Part shown: positions 1 through 20,246 of the stretch, piece by piece
How positions within the stretch are numbered: the stretch's first letter is position 1
Layout: every line of letters starts with the position of its first letter
Origin: Chlorokybus atmophyticus
Lineage: Eukaryota > Plantae > Mesostigma and Chlorokybus algae
Reading direction: 5' to 3'
DNA length: 64,000 nt
Assembly: GCA_009103225.1 (NCBI GenBank)
Contig: RHPI01002503.1
Coordinates: 188,864 to 252,863 of the forward strand
The notes under the pieces: generated by a model
What the model was told of the DNA's origin: nothing
Seen by the model: the letters and a program-made list of their open reading frames with translations, nothing else
Databases searched by the model: none
Program-made: the position numbers and the translations under genes

Positions 1-1716
1 GCTGCGTCCAACTTCAGGACATACCATACGGCTTTGAGGACGCAGGATGACTTCATTGAGGGCTTGCGCACTTCGCGCAGTTTTGCGCAGCAACAAAGCG
101 CGCACGTGGGCATGGAAGTGTTCCCGTACTCCATCTTCCACCAGTTCTTTGAGCAGTACTTGACAATCGGTTACGACTCAGCCGTCAACCTCGCGACCGT
201 CATCGGCGCAGTGTTTCTTGTATGCGCCGTGTTCACGTACAGCTTGTGGTCGGCGTCCGTCATCATGTTCGTCATAACCATGGTCGTCGTCGACATGCTT
301 GGCGTGATGCGTCTGTGGGGCATCGAGCTCAACGCCGTCTCAATGGTCAACCTGGTGATGTCTGTCGGCATTGCTGTAGAGTTTTGCGTCCACATCACGC
401 ACGCGTTCGTGCACTCTCCCGGCAAAACTCGCTCCGCACGAGCGTCGCATGCCGTCTCCACCATGGGAGCCTCTGTCTTCAGCGGCATCACATTGACAAA
501 GTTTGCGGGCGTCAGCGTGCTGTATTTTGCTCGATCTGAGATATTTGAGGTAAGGAGGGCATGACATGCAGTACAAACTTTGGACTCGTTTGTTGCTATG
601 CGCACAGAAGCACGACAATGACACCTTGGCCTGCCAGGTGTACTACTTCCGCATGTACATCAGCCTGGTTGTGCTTGGCGCGCTTCACGGGTTGGTCTTC
701 CTGCCGGTAAGCACCGACCTGATTAAATCAAGTGTTCCTGTTGTTGGTGTTAACGCGTTTGCCAAGTCTTTGTGCATACAAAGCGTGTGCAAGTGTGCAA
801 GTGTGCAAGCAAGTATCTATCGTTGAGACTCTCAACAGATACAGATAACAGGTACAGATTGAATAGCGACTCAAATATTGCCTTGCAGGTGCTGCTGAGC
901 CTAGTTGGCCCTCCTTCAGCCACACGCAAAGGGAGTGCGGGCGCGCCGACACTCGAGGACTTGGGCATTGACGCGTGCGAGGACTGTGCCTCCAGCGACG
1001 ATGACGACAACGCCGGAGACTTCTCGCAGGCGCTGCCGCTGCCGGAGGACGCACTTGAAGCAGAGGCGGACTTTGCCTCGGCCGTGCCGCTGGAGGACTC
1101 TCCGCTGCCGGTGACAAGGACAGTACCTTTTCTGCAAGATGGTGAGGCGGGTGGTGCTGATGGTGCCGGCAGCGGGTCTAAAGGCGGTGTCGCGGGTAAC
1201 GGACAAGCGGCTAACGGCAGCCCGCGGTGTCATGTGTGCCGGCTTCGGGGGCAGGAGGTCGTTCTGGATCCGTGCGAACACGTTGCCACGTGCGCTGCGT
1301 GCGGCAAGAGGTGAGGTGTGTACCCTGACCATGGCATGTTTCAAGAGGTTGAGTGATTGTCAATCTGTAGCACTTGAGTGAGCACTGCACCGCAATGAGA
1401 TGCCCTGCAGTGCTTCCTGTCATCGAGCCATTGACACATCAAATAAGCAGCAGCTACTCGAGTGCTGTATGTCAGCCAGCCTTGATAGTCCCAAAGCAGC
1501 TTTAGGATGTCATTTCATAGACCAAGTCTGGGTCTTTGTGGGGCCCATCTGAGCCGAGGAGGCAGTAGGCAATTGTCGAGTAATGTAAGCATTAACCAGG
1601 GTTGTGTTTGCACCAGGTTACTGGATGCTAAGGCAGGGTGCCCCAGATGTCGAGTTGCTGTGCAGCGAATACATCCGTTCAGTAGAAAGGCTCTCTTTGC
1701 CAAGACAGGAAGTTGA
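1..1716 (+). CDS. NPC1: Niemann-Pick C1-like sterol transporter, 3' part (5' truncated by window), extended by a C-terminal C3HC4 RING domain
   Basis: Exons 1-549, 638-706, 889-1310, 1617-1716 join in phase at GT-AG junctions. They give the NPC1 C-terminus (RTQDDF..EVFPYSIFHQFFEQYL, IELNAVSMVNLVMSVGIAVEFCVHI, GASVFSGITLTKFAGV, VYYFRMY..GALHGLVFLPVLLSLVGPP), then an acidic linker, then CHVC..PCEH..CAAC..CPRCR. Confidence 0.93.
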
Positions 1717-2362
1717 TGTGTGATGTTGTAGAGCTAGTGATGCTGCGTTGGTCATGATGCATGCAGCGTGTAGTAGTCACACAATTTGTTGCGCCGGCCG
1801 TAATGCATGTTGAAAATCTCACACGGGTCATTCTGTTGCGGATTGTTTGTACATTGTACATTGTGGAGGGTATGTGACGGCTTGCAAAGTGCATACTCCG
1901 TGCAGCCCTACAAACAAGCCAAAGGTGGCTCTCGACAAGGCTGGCAAAGTGGGTTTGGGTACTGTTACAGTTCACACTGCCGCATGTACCATAGAAAAAC
2001 ATACGACTGACAGCCCTTGTTGCCTCTACTGGGAAAATGTAATAGCTCTTCCAAACCGTGGCAATTAAGTGCTCCTGGAGACAGCAAAACTAGCAGCACT
2101 GCTATGCTGCTTCAGTTGCAATATGGCTTTGTGCTGCACACTATTGCTGATTGTGATTATGATGCGGACAGCTCTAAGCTCAGTTGCACAGTTCATCCCA
2201 ACTTGCTCGCAGGCACAAGGTTACTGGCATGCAGCCGCAACATACAGCTGGCTCATAATCTGCACATTCTAACACGCAACTGGTGTCCCCGCCATGGTTG
2301 ACAAGAAGGCCATGAGAAGTTTCAGGTTGTACAGCATGCGGTGAATAATAAGGTTAAAGCAG

Positions 2363-3442
2363 TTAGGGAAACACCAGGTTGGAGTGCAGCTCCTCCACTT
2401 CTTTTGACAGCTCCGTCAGCTCGGTCGAAAACTTGGCCTGGTCCTCTTTTGTTACCAAGTCAGGCTTTAAAGGCGCGGGGAGGATGAGCATGCAACTGGT
2501 CGGCCTTTTGGTTGCACCCGCTGTGCCCAGATCCTGTAGAAGAAGAACTCAGTAGCGGTTGAGCTCAACATATGGGAGCAGTAGTGCAAGACACATATAT
2601 GACTGACGGACACACAGATCAAAATACAACCATACATAACGACACGGACACGTTGTACGCGCCTCTTTGGATGGTACATAGATGTATGGCACATCCAACT
2701 CCTCGCAAAGGATAGGTAAGTGGGTGATGACATCGATAGGTGAAATGTCGCCTGCGATAATGCACAGCCTGGCCCAAAAAACAGCACAATCAAGTCAAAG
2801 TCAGCTCGGTAGTAAGTCACTGCGCACTGCATTGGAGCTGTGCTGAGCATCAGAAGGAGAAGCAACAAACACACCCTTTCTGGCCTTTTCGCAGCGCTTT
2901 CACAACCTCTTTCACTCCGCGCTTCAGCTGCTTCTGCTTGGCCGCTTCAAAATAGAACCAAACAATGTCAGCACACCGATGATACTGTGGACACAAAGCC
3001 TAGTGGCATAGTGTGGTATAGCACAGCGATGCTTCTGCGACTTATGAAACTAACTAACGCATCATACTCGCTTACCAAAGAGGCCAATGCAACAGTCAGC
3101 AGGACCTCACTGTGTATGCTTTACACACTTCTAGAATGTGTGGACATGCACAACGCCGATGGCAAGTCATCAGCAAGCTCTGCTGCGTATGACGTGCGTA
3201 GTGCTTTGCAGCAATGTGCACTACCGCGACTGACATAATGGAACGCCTAAGTGCATGCAAAGCGTCCGTGCCCATGCTCATGCCCATGCCCTGGCCTCCA
3301 TACGCGCACCTTTCTTCACAATCTTGAGCGCCTTCTTGTTGAGCTTCTTGCCCGCCAGGGGCTTTGCAATTATAGACACCGCTACTCGCTTCGCCTTGTC
3401 CTTCTCCACCTCCTGCTTGCTGTTGCCGTCCTCCTCGCCCAT
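2363..3442 (-). CDS. NHP2: H/ACA snoRNP subunit 2 (NHP2, L7Ae family)
   Basis: 4 exons: ..[20 protein letters not shown] / [24 protein letters not shown] / [35 protein letters not shown] / [22 protein letters not shown]. Intron 3 has a GC donor (2662-2661). Confidence 0.95.
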
Positions 3443-3846
3443 GGCGCCGACGAAGCTTGCGCTGACACACACCGGCCCCCCAACCCTAACAAGCCCTCAA
3501 CGCCGCCGCCATGGCTTGGACTCTCTGTATTTTCTCTCCTATGCTCCAACCTTCTCTAACTCACCCAGGAGGACCACCTCCGTCTCCTGCGTGTCGCCGC
3601 CCTGCTGCTCCTGCTCCTTCTCCTTCTCCTCGACCACCGCCGCCGCCACCGCCGCTTTCACTCACTCGCGTTATGTAGAGTGCGTTAGCTACCAACTATA
3701 CCGTGAAGCTAACGTGGTGCAGAGCTAACGTTTGTGCCATGTGGTCTGGTCTGGTCTGTGGCCTGGCCTGGCCTGGCCCCGTCTGGCCTGGTGTGTTCGC
3801 TCTGCACTTCCCCTCAGGACAGGCACGGGTAGGAGGTGCCGCCGCT

Positions 3847-6668
3847 ATGAGCAGCAGCAGCAGCTTGGCAGTTGCGGCGGCAGCGGCGCTGCAACTCCTC
3901 CTCCTGCTGTTTGTGGCTTGCGCTGAGGGCGGTGCGTCTCGCAGCAGCAGCTTGTTGACATGCTTGTTTACATGCATAATGCCACTTACAGCGAGCTTCA
4001 GCCTGCGCTGCAACTGAGCCTGCTGTTACCAGACGCACACACTTGCTAGTCTGTGACTTGCTCATGCGTTGCGTTTGTCAAACAAACAGATATGCTGTTT
4101 GTTTGCTTGCTTGATCGTTCATTCGCTGTGTGACAGATTCGGTTGTCGAAGGGGTTGGAATATTGGTAACCTCAGTAACCTGAAATTCACAGCTTGAGTT
4201 GTTTTGTGAAGTATCAACTTCTGTTACAAATCGCCGCAGACTGGATTACAAGCAGCAGCACTGCAGTTGAGCAAGCGTTTACTCAGCCCAGGCTCAGCAC
4301 AGGCTAATCACGAGCAGCAGTGGTTACGTTGTGTTGGTCTAGTATGACACTGTGCATGCGCTTCCGCGCTGTGTGTGTGCGTGTGTGTGTGGCTGGGCGG
4401 GTGGGTGCCAACTCGTGCATATATATCTGAAGCAGTGTACGCCACTTCTATGTGCCATGCGGTGATGATTGCTATTAACAAGTTTTCATACACGTGCCCG
4501 TTTCGTTCAGGTGCAACACCATCGCCGCTGGGTTTGGCGTACCCCTCCTCCTCGTCCTTGCCCTCATCCACGGTGTCAGCATTCATGCCGGAGCAGTACG
4601 ATGGCGAGCTCGCCCGCACCTTCGCCGAGTACGCGTCCGCGGTATCATGTCATGCCATACTTTGCCATTTGCTACTACTGCTGTTGCTGTTGCACGTCTT
4701 GCCTGCCTGTGTGTCGAGTTGGAGCCCAAATGTCATGCAAGTCGTTTGACGTCCGACCAACATGCGTTGAGCGCATCTCTCTCACACACACACACACACA
4801 CACCTGCGCAGGCGTATTGCGAGGACACGAACGCGCTTCTCGCTTGGAACTGCACGCGCTGCGCCCATCGCACAGCTGTAAGACCATCGCCAGCCCTATG
4901 AGACAAGTCATCATACTCAGTCAATGGACACGCACAAACACACGCATGCGCACTCACAAGCACACACGCACGCAATGCACGAGCCCTAACACTGCTGCAC
5001 TGCAGGGCTTCACAGTCGCGGCCGTGGTGAGTGCGCAGCAGGGCGCTCTGCGGGTGAGTAGAAGGTACCACACAAGCAGTGACCTTGGTTGAGTCTCTGA
5101 CGTACTGTGGGTGTATATGTGTTGTTGTTTGAGGCATGTGCCATTCATCGCTGCCATGCGTGCAGGCGTATGTGGGGGAGTGGTCTGTGCCAGGCCAGGC
5201 TCCCATCGTGGTTGTGGCCTTCAAAGGCACACAGTACAACAGGTAGGCAGCCATGCAGAGGACAAGTGTTATGTTGTCAACATGCTGGCGCAAATTGTGA
5301 ACACGCTTGCGCTAGAAAAAGCGGGTGGCATTACTTACACTTGTATTGCAACAGTCTGAGGACCTGGATAAAGAACTTGGACTTTCTGGAGCTGGACTAC
5401 GGGTATCCCGGCGTTGAGGGTGCAAAGGTGAGCGCACGCACGCATTCAGCACCAGTTCAGAGTAGAGTCACTCTCCGCCTCTCTGGTGAGAATCAACCGG
5501 TCACAATTCGCACTTGTCCACGACTTGCCAACCGTATCAACAATAGGAGCGCACATGCCTTGAGGCATTGAGCTTTCCACTGCACGCACGCCCAGAGTGA
5601 CACGTGTTTTGTCTCGTGCGCGCGTGCGCGTGTGTGCCTGCACAATACGCACGCTACACAGCACACATGCACTGATATGCACAAACACAGACAATGTTTC
5701 TTCAATGTGTAGTGTTAACAGTCAACACACTTAGTTTAAACCAACAATGCAGGTGCACTCGGGCTTCTTCACGAGCTACAACTTCACGGACCTAAGGCCC
5801 GGTGTGGTATCCGCCGTCACCTCCCTGCAAGGCAACAACAACCATGGCAATGGCGTCAACAACCACAACAATTACATCCGCACGCGCGTTGAAGCCAACA
5901 ACGGTCAGAAGTGCATCGTCGTGGTCGGCCACAGCCTCGGGGGCGCCTTTGCCGCATTCTGCGCACTCGACTTAAAGGTGGGGTGAAGTATAGTATTCCC
6001 AGCTTTTCAATCCCATACAAGATGTTGTGGCATGTTGACCTTTACGTGCACGCACAGTTGAACTTTGGCTATGAGAATGTGAAAATGGTGACTTTCGGGC
6101 AGCCGCGCATCGGCAATCGCAAGTTCTCGGAGTTCTTCAACTCTCAGGTTGGGTTAAGTGGCTTTTCACACTGTAGCTCTGTATATGTGTGTATGTGTGC
6201 TCTTGAGTTTGTAACAATGTGTGGTATATGACCCGTGCCAGATACCCAACGCGATGCGAATGACGCACCAGAGTGACCCCGTGCCACATTTACCCCCGCT
6301 GCTTGGCAAAGGCTACCGCCACTTTCCAACTGAGGCAAGATAGCAATAGTTATGGTTGTGGCTTTTGTGGCTTTTGCAACATGACACTAATGTTGTTGTG
6401 TGTTTTGCAATGCAGGTGTGGTTGCACTACCAGAAGGGCTTTGCTAAGTACCTGCTCGAGACGGTTTGCGACGGCTCGGGGGAGGACCCAACATGCTGCC
6501 TGTGAGCGAAGCGGACTGTTGTGTCGTAGTGTTCGTTGACATATTTGTGTGTTACCAAACGTTGTGTGACCTTGTGGGGCTGTGGTGGAGTGCAGGTCCT
6601 CCAAGGGCCGCAGCATCTTTGATCACATACACTACTTTGCGCTGCCGATGCACTCGGTCTTCTGTTGA
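3847..6668 (+). CDS. Class-3 (fungal-type) lipase with N-terminal signal peptide
   Basis: Hydrophobic leader LAVAAAAALQLLLLLFVACAEG. Spliced motifs YDGELARTFAEYASA, AWNCTRC, VVAFKGT, VHSGFF, GHSLGGA (nucleophile elbow), TFGQPRIGN, THQSDPVPHLPP, YRHFPTEVW, DHIHYF give a Ser-Asp-His triad. Confidence 0.92.
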
Positions 6669-7489
6669 GTTTTTGCGCCGCCTCGTGCTGGTTGGTGATC
6701 AGAGACAGAGGCAGCAAACGTTACGATGCTGATGTGATGGGAAGGACCACCAGACAGCAATCAATTTTGCTGCCCGTGCCGGTAGGGGAAGGGTTGGGTT
6801 TACGGTGGGTGTGCGGGTTAGCATCCGCCCGCTCGCGCATGCTTGTAGGTGTGCGCGGGGTGTCTGTCAGTGCTATGTGGAGTTCTCATATTGAATTGAG
6901 AGCCACATACACATGCAGGTGTTACTGCTTGTCTGCACTGAAGAACCTGCATAGCTTCAGCACAGAGGCCTTTTATTTGAATAAGACTCGCATTACAGCG
7001 CGTATGTAGCGAGATCATGCTGTATACTAGCCTCCTTCTTGCAGCAGGCAGGGAAACAGTTGCAGATACAACAATAAGAGTGCTGACTTCCAACTGCTGT
7101 GTCCCAAATGCTAGGCTTGGGCATGCAGTCAATGCACCATGTAATATTGGTGGTTACACTGTGGTCATGATGCAATGGCTGTGCCATGGCAGCAGTGACC
7201 TGTGATTGCGCTGTCCACGTAATAGTCAGGGTCTCGTTACATTGCAACCACTTTGGGTACTCCAACGTCATTGTGTATCTCCCGGCTGCTCGAAAGCAGC
7301 TGCTGGGTTGGCACGACTACCCCCCATGTGCAAGGAATGAAAGCAGTGCCTGTGAGGCATGTTGCTAATGGAAGGCCGTATCCGACAAGCTGTGTTTCCA
7401 GCTTAGCTCACACGAATCAGTGTGTGAGTGGGCTATACCGCGCACTCCAGTCTTGCGTCCAACATGCACATCTCTCAATGTGTATTATG

Positions 7490-8661
7490 TCAACCTGTGG
7501 ACATTGCTCGGATGCCGCTGGTGTCAATGAAGCGCTCCCACTGTGCCCCGTCAAAGGCGCACACGTCGACGGAGCGCACGGTGCCGGGGTCAAGGCAGTG
7601 CACGGTCACCGCGAAGCCGTCCGGGTTCGAACGCGGCACGTAGAAGGGGCATATACCACACACCTTGCAGAACTTGTGCTGCGTGCAGGGTGAAACGATG
7701 TCACACGTAACATGTCATTAGCGGTGCCTGTAAGAAGAGTTGTTGCATTGGCTGTTGGGGTGTGTGAGGATTGTGTCTGTGTGAGTTTGGAGTGTACCTT
7801 AGCGGTGTGGGTGCCGAAGGTGTAGGTGGACAGGCTCTTCGCGCCCTGGAGGAGGTGGAACCTACTGACGGGCACGATGAAGTGCGTGTTGCGCTTCATG
7901 CGGCATATAGAACCTGACCGTAGCATGGTTGGGATATCGCATGCGCGCACACAAAACACCCACCCATTCACGCACATGCCCCCAAATCCAGTCAGCAAGC
8001 GCAGCTAGTCAACTGAATTGCGCAGACAGTAATCATGAACTTACAGTTGCAGTCCCACGCAGTGAGATCCTCGGCTGCCTGCACCTGATACAAGTAGCAG
8101 GGAAGGTGAGTGGTTGCGCGTCTGTCATCATGTGAATATAGCACGCAGTGACTCTGTACATAGTGTGTCACACCGTTGTCACGATGACCACCTGCTTATT
8201 GCCTGCACTGGTAACCAGACAACATGCAACAAGAGACGATCAGGAACTGTCGGACTGTTTCATGTGAGCCAAGTCAGTGTCGTCTTGATATTGACGTTGT
8301 TGCACACGAAGAGCACACGAACTGGCATGCCATGCATGGCCGCATGTGAGAAGCTGCTCACTGTTCGTGCGCTTTGCACGACAAGCTGCTTGGTGCGCGT
8401 ATGTCCAATGCGCTTTCACTCTCTGCTTGCTGAGCTAAACGTGAACGGTCCCTCAACCTCGACCACTGTGACACACGCGCATGCACACTCCAACATGTCA
8501 TGCATGTGTGCATGCGCGCCCACTGTCACCTCAAAGCGCACAGCCCCGCAGTGGCAGCCCCCTCTATGCGTGACGAGGCCCTCCTTTCCCATCTCCGGCT
8601 CCACCACCTGGGCGTCCTTGTCCTGATCTGTGCGCTCCGCCTCTCCTGCCACCTCGCTCAT
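7490..8661 (-). CDS. GFA / CENP-V-like zinc protein (glutathione-dependent formaldehyde-activating enzyme family)
   Basis: Spliced exons give HRGGCHCGAVRFE / VQAAEDLTAWDCN / CSICRMKRNTHFIVP..TYTFGTHTAK / ..CRVCGICPFYVPRSNPDGFAVTVHCLDPGT..STG*. This is the CxC, CxCxxC, CxxC pattern of GFA. Confidence 0.92.
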
Positions 8662-8757
8662 GACGACCAGCCTAGTGCGCTTCTATGCTTGCACCACCCC
8701 ACCCTTGTTCTCTACTTAACCCCAACCCCCGTCTGCAGCTCTGCGACGTCCAGAGCC

Positions 8758-9327
8758 ATGTCGGCGACAACGACGCCCACGACAAGGGGGGAGAGGCGGC
8801 ATACCAGCGTGGTGAACGCGGAGGAGCTGGAGGAGGACAAGGACAAGCGGAAGGAGGTCCAGGACATTGCCTCGCCGGGCGGCGCCTACCGTGCCAGGCG
8901 TTGGAGGCTTGGGGCGGCGGCGGGGTCGTCCGCCCTGGGCTGCAGCCTGTTCGAGGTGCCAGCGGGGGCGGCGGCGTTCCCCGCCCACTACCACGCCGCC
9001 AACGAGGAGGCTCTGTACGTCCTGGACGGCGAGGGCGTCCTCCGCATAGGCCAGGAGGAGGTCAGGGTCAGGGGTGGAGACTACGTCGCTCTCCCTGCCG
9101 GCCCCAACCACGCCCACAAGCTTATCAACCCCGGCCCCAACCCACTCCGCTACCTCGCCGTCTCCACCATGAACCCCACCGACGTCGTGGTGTACCCGGA
9201 CTCCGGCAAGGTCGGCGTCCTCGCCGGCGGCGCACCGGGCAACACCGCCGCCGGCGCCAAGCGCTACGTTGCTGGCTTCGTGCACATGGACAAGCTCGAC
9301 ATGGACTACTACGCCGGGGAGGAGTAG
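8758..9327 (+). CDS. Intronless bacterial-type single-domain cupin (COG3837-like)
   Basis: 189-aa single exon from ATG 8758. Cupin motifs FPAHYHAANEEALYVLDGEG and GDYVALPAGPNHAHKLIN, then STMNPTDVVVYPDSGKVG and a terminal DYYAGEE. Codons end mostly in G/C. Confidence 0.9.
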   Translation: MSATTTPTTRGERRHTSVVNAEELEEDKDKRKEVQDIASPGGAYRARRWRLGAAAGSSALGCSLFEVPAGAAAFPAHYHAANEEALYVLDGEGVLRIGQEEVRVRGGDYVALPAGPNHAHKLINPGPNPLRYLAVSTMNPTDVVVYPDSGKVGVLAGGAPGNTAAGAKRYVAGFVHMDKLDMDYYAGEE

Positions 9328-10281
9328 GGCTAGAAGGGGGAGGAGGAGAAGGAGGTCAATCCCACGCGCTGTGCATGCACAGTGCATAACATCACAAAAC
9401 CAAGCATCAAGTGAGTATATGTGGCCGCGCATGTGCAGCATGCACAGCGCATGAGCTTCGGCCTGTAGCTGTAATTGTGTCTGATGCGTACAGTGACTCA
9501 CAGTACAGTAATGTACAGCAAGTATATAAGGTTCCGGTCGGCCGCATGCTGGCTCTCATTACAAGCTCGCTTACTACGCGACGCTTACACATGGGCACGC
9601 GAGCATGACGGCGCAAGAATTGGATGGGAAAGCCGCTTTATACATCAGAGGGCAGCACAACCTGTGCGCTGCATCCTGCGTATACTACCAGTAGTCTGGT
9701 CTCTCTAGGTTGCTGTGGTTGGTTCGTGTGTAGTTAGTTTACTGTAGTATCGCGTGTAAGGTAGTTGGTTAGATGCTTCTGTTGACCATCAGGCAATGTG
9801 TACATGCTGTGTATGGCTGCTGGTAAAGTTGCATAACCATGCATGCGCACATGCATAGTCGCGCTTACTTGACATCCATACCGCAACAGTAGGTGTTCCT
9901 CTTGCTTGTTACTCTTGTGGCAATGGGACAAGAGGCAAGTATGGGACTACAGGCGAGGCGCAGCAGGAATGTGGGTGTCGTCGCATGGGGCGCGGGGTGG
10001 GGTGGGGTGGGGTGTCTGTATATGGGGAATGCTGTTGATGGAGATGTGATAGCGTTACGGTGCAACGATGAGCACATGGTGCATCGCCATATGCTCATCA
10101 TTGAATTTGTGTAGGTTTGCAACTATAGAGTGCTTACTTGGACGCGGAGGACTACAGTGATGGCAGCAACTGGCAGAATAAGGCTGGCACTGTACAACTG
10201 ATTGCAGCATGACAGAGAACAATCCCAAGGTTCCAAACAGCCAACACCCAGCAACCGCTGGCCGACAACCAGTGCAACCTT

Positions 10282-15677
<5,396 letters not shown>

Positions 15678-16374
15678 ACACCCTTTCAGTTAACACCATC
15701 AACGCAAAACAATAAATGGTCACTAACGCTGGCAGACAGCTTGAGTTCCATACCAGATCTCTTCGCCCTACTCAACCATTGGAAGCGGCAAGGGGATGTG
15801 GTGCACAAGTTGTGTGAACTGTTCTTGTTACACTGTACAACTCGCTTGCTCCACTGCTCTGGGGAGCATGCTGATTAAAAAGAAGAAAAATTTCGTTAAG
15901 AAGTGATGACGTGAGGTGCATTGTTGTTTTGTTATTTCGAATTGAATGGTTGTTGCGTATGAGAAGGTGAGTTGGGTGTATGTATGGCGGGCTGCAACAG
16001 ATAACACCGTAGCACACAGCTACAAGCGGCTTTTTACAATGTATTTGCTACTACAACACATAGAGTTGACACGGCATGCCAGTTCATCAAGATTACAGGA
16101 GACCCCAGGGGAAGCGCAGTTTTTGGATGTACGTAGCAAATGCTGGTAGGCTACACGCGATGTTGCTTTCTTACCCGCGTGCTATGTGCTGTGTGTATGC
16201 GGGCAGCAATGCCAAGGGACATGGCATGCCTTCACACATGCCCGCATCAGCCCACAAAATCAAGTCCATTGCTCCGCCGCCTGCTCTCCACCTTCACCTT
16301 CCCCTCAGCCATCGCCGCCCTGCTAGCTGCTGCTGCAGGCCAGCTTTGTGCGCAGCGATCTCCGTGAGCTTTAT

Positions 16375-16512
16375 CCATCAGAGTGAATGTCGCCTTCAGA
16401 CCTGGTATGGTCCCCGCATCATAAATCTCTGAAGTCCGTAGCATTATAACGCGGGGACCATACAACGCGGGAAGCAGTAGCGGCAGTACGCAGGTTATCG
16501 TTCGTCATCCGG
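16375..16512 (-). ncRNA. Candidate box C/D-like structured RNA with internal 20-bp hairpin
   Basis: Minus strand: AUGACGA (C-box variant, 16508-16502) and CUGA (D box, 16381-16378) with a 3-bp terminal stem. Arms 16463-16444 and 16424-16405 pair fully on the minus strand via two G-U pairs. No family assignment. Confidence 0.35.
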
Positions 16513-16905
16513 CGGCGACGGCGGCGGCGGCGGGGTAGGCGACAAGGGACCGTGCGGCGGGGTTGGAAGCTGTTTGACCATACTGCCAGCCATTGAGTAG
16601 CAGGCGGGCTCAATCTAGCAGCAGTAGACAGTGACTTGCCTGGCTGGGCGGGTGAAGACTCGCTGCTCGGTGTGCTGCTTGGTGGGCATGCTGGGCAGTG
16701 CTGATTGGCAGTCGAGCAGCGGTGGTGGAGGAGGAGGAGAAGGTGGAGACGGAGGAGAATTTTGAGAAAGGAAGAGGGAGTAGGCAGGTAGGTGAGACAG
16801 GTGGGGCATTCGGGTTTGATGGCCGGTGCGAGCACTGCCGGCCACCTGGCAGTGTCTGAAACCTCTCTCGCCGCCGTCGTCGGCCGGAGCGCCGGCGCCT
16901 GCTCC

Positions 16906-20246
<3,341 letters not shown>

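Noticed and set aside
8716-9501. 261-aa antisense ORF and 234-aa alternate-frame ORF over the cupin
   Set aside because: Shadow ORFs caused by high GC; no recognisable motifs.
9330-10280. Short ORFs between the cupin and the DDB1-family gene
   Set aside because: Consistent with convergent 3' UTRs; no coding signal.
16375-16512. Identification of the hairpin RNA as U3, U14, RNase P/MRP, SRP or telomerase RNA
   Set aside because: The diagnostic boxes, P4 helix partners and a telomere template were not found.
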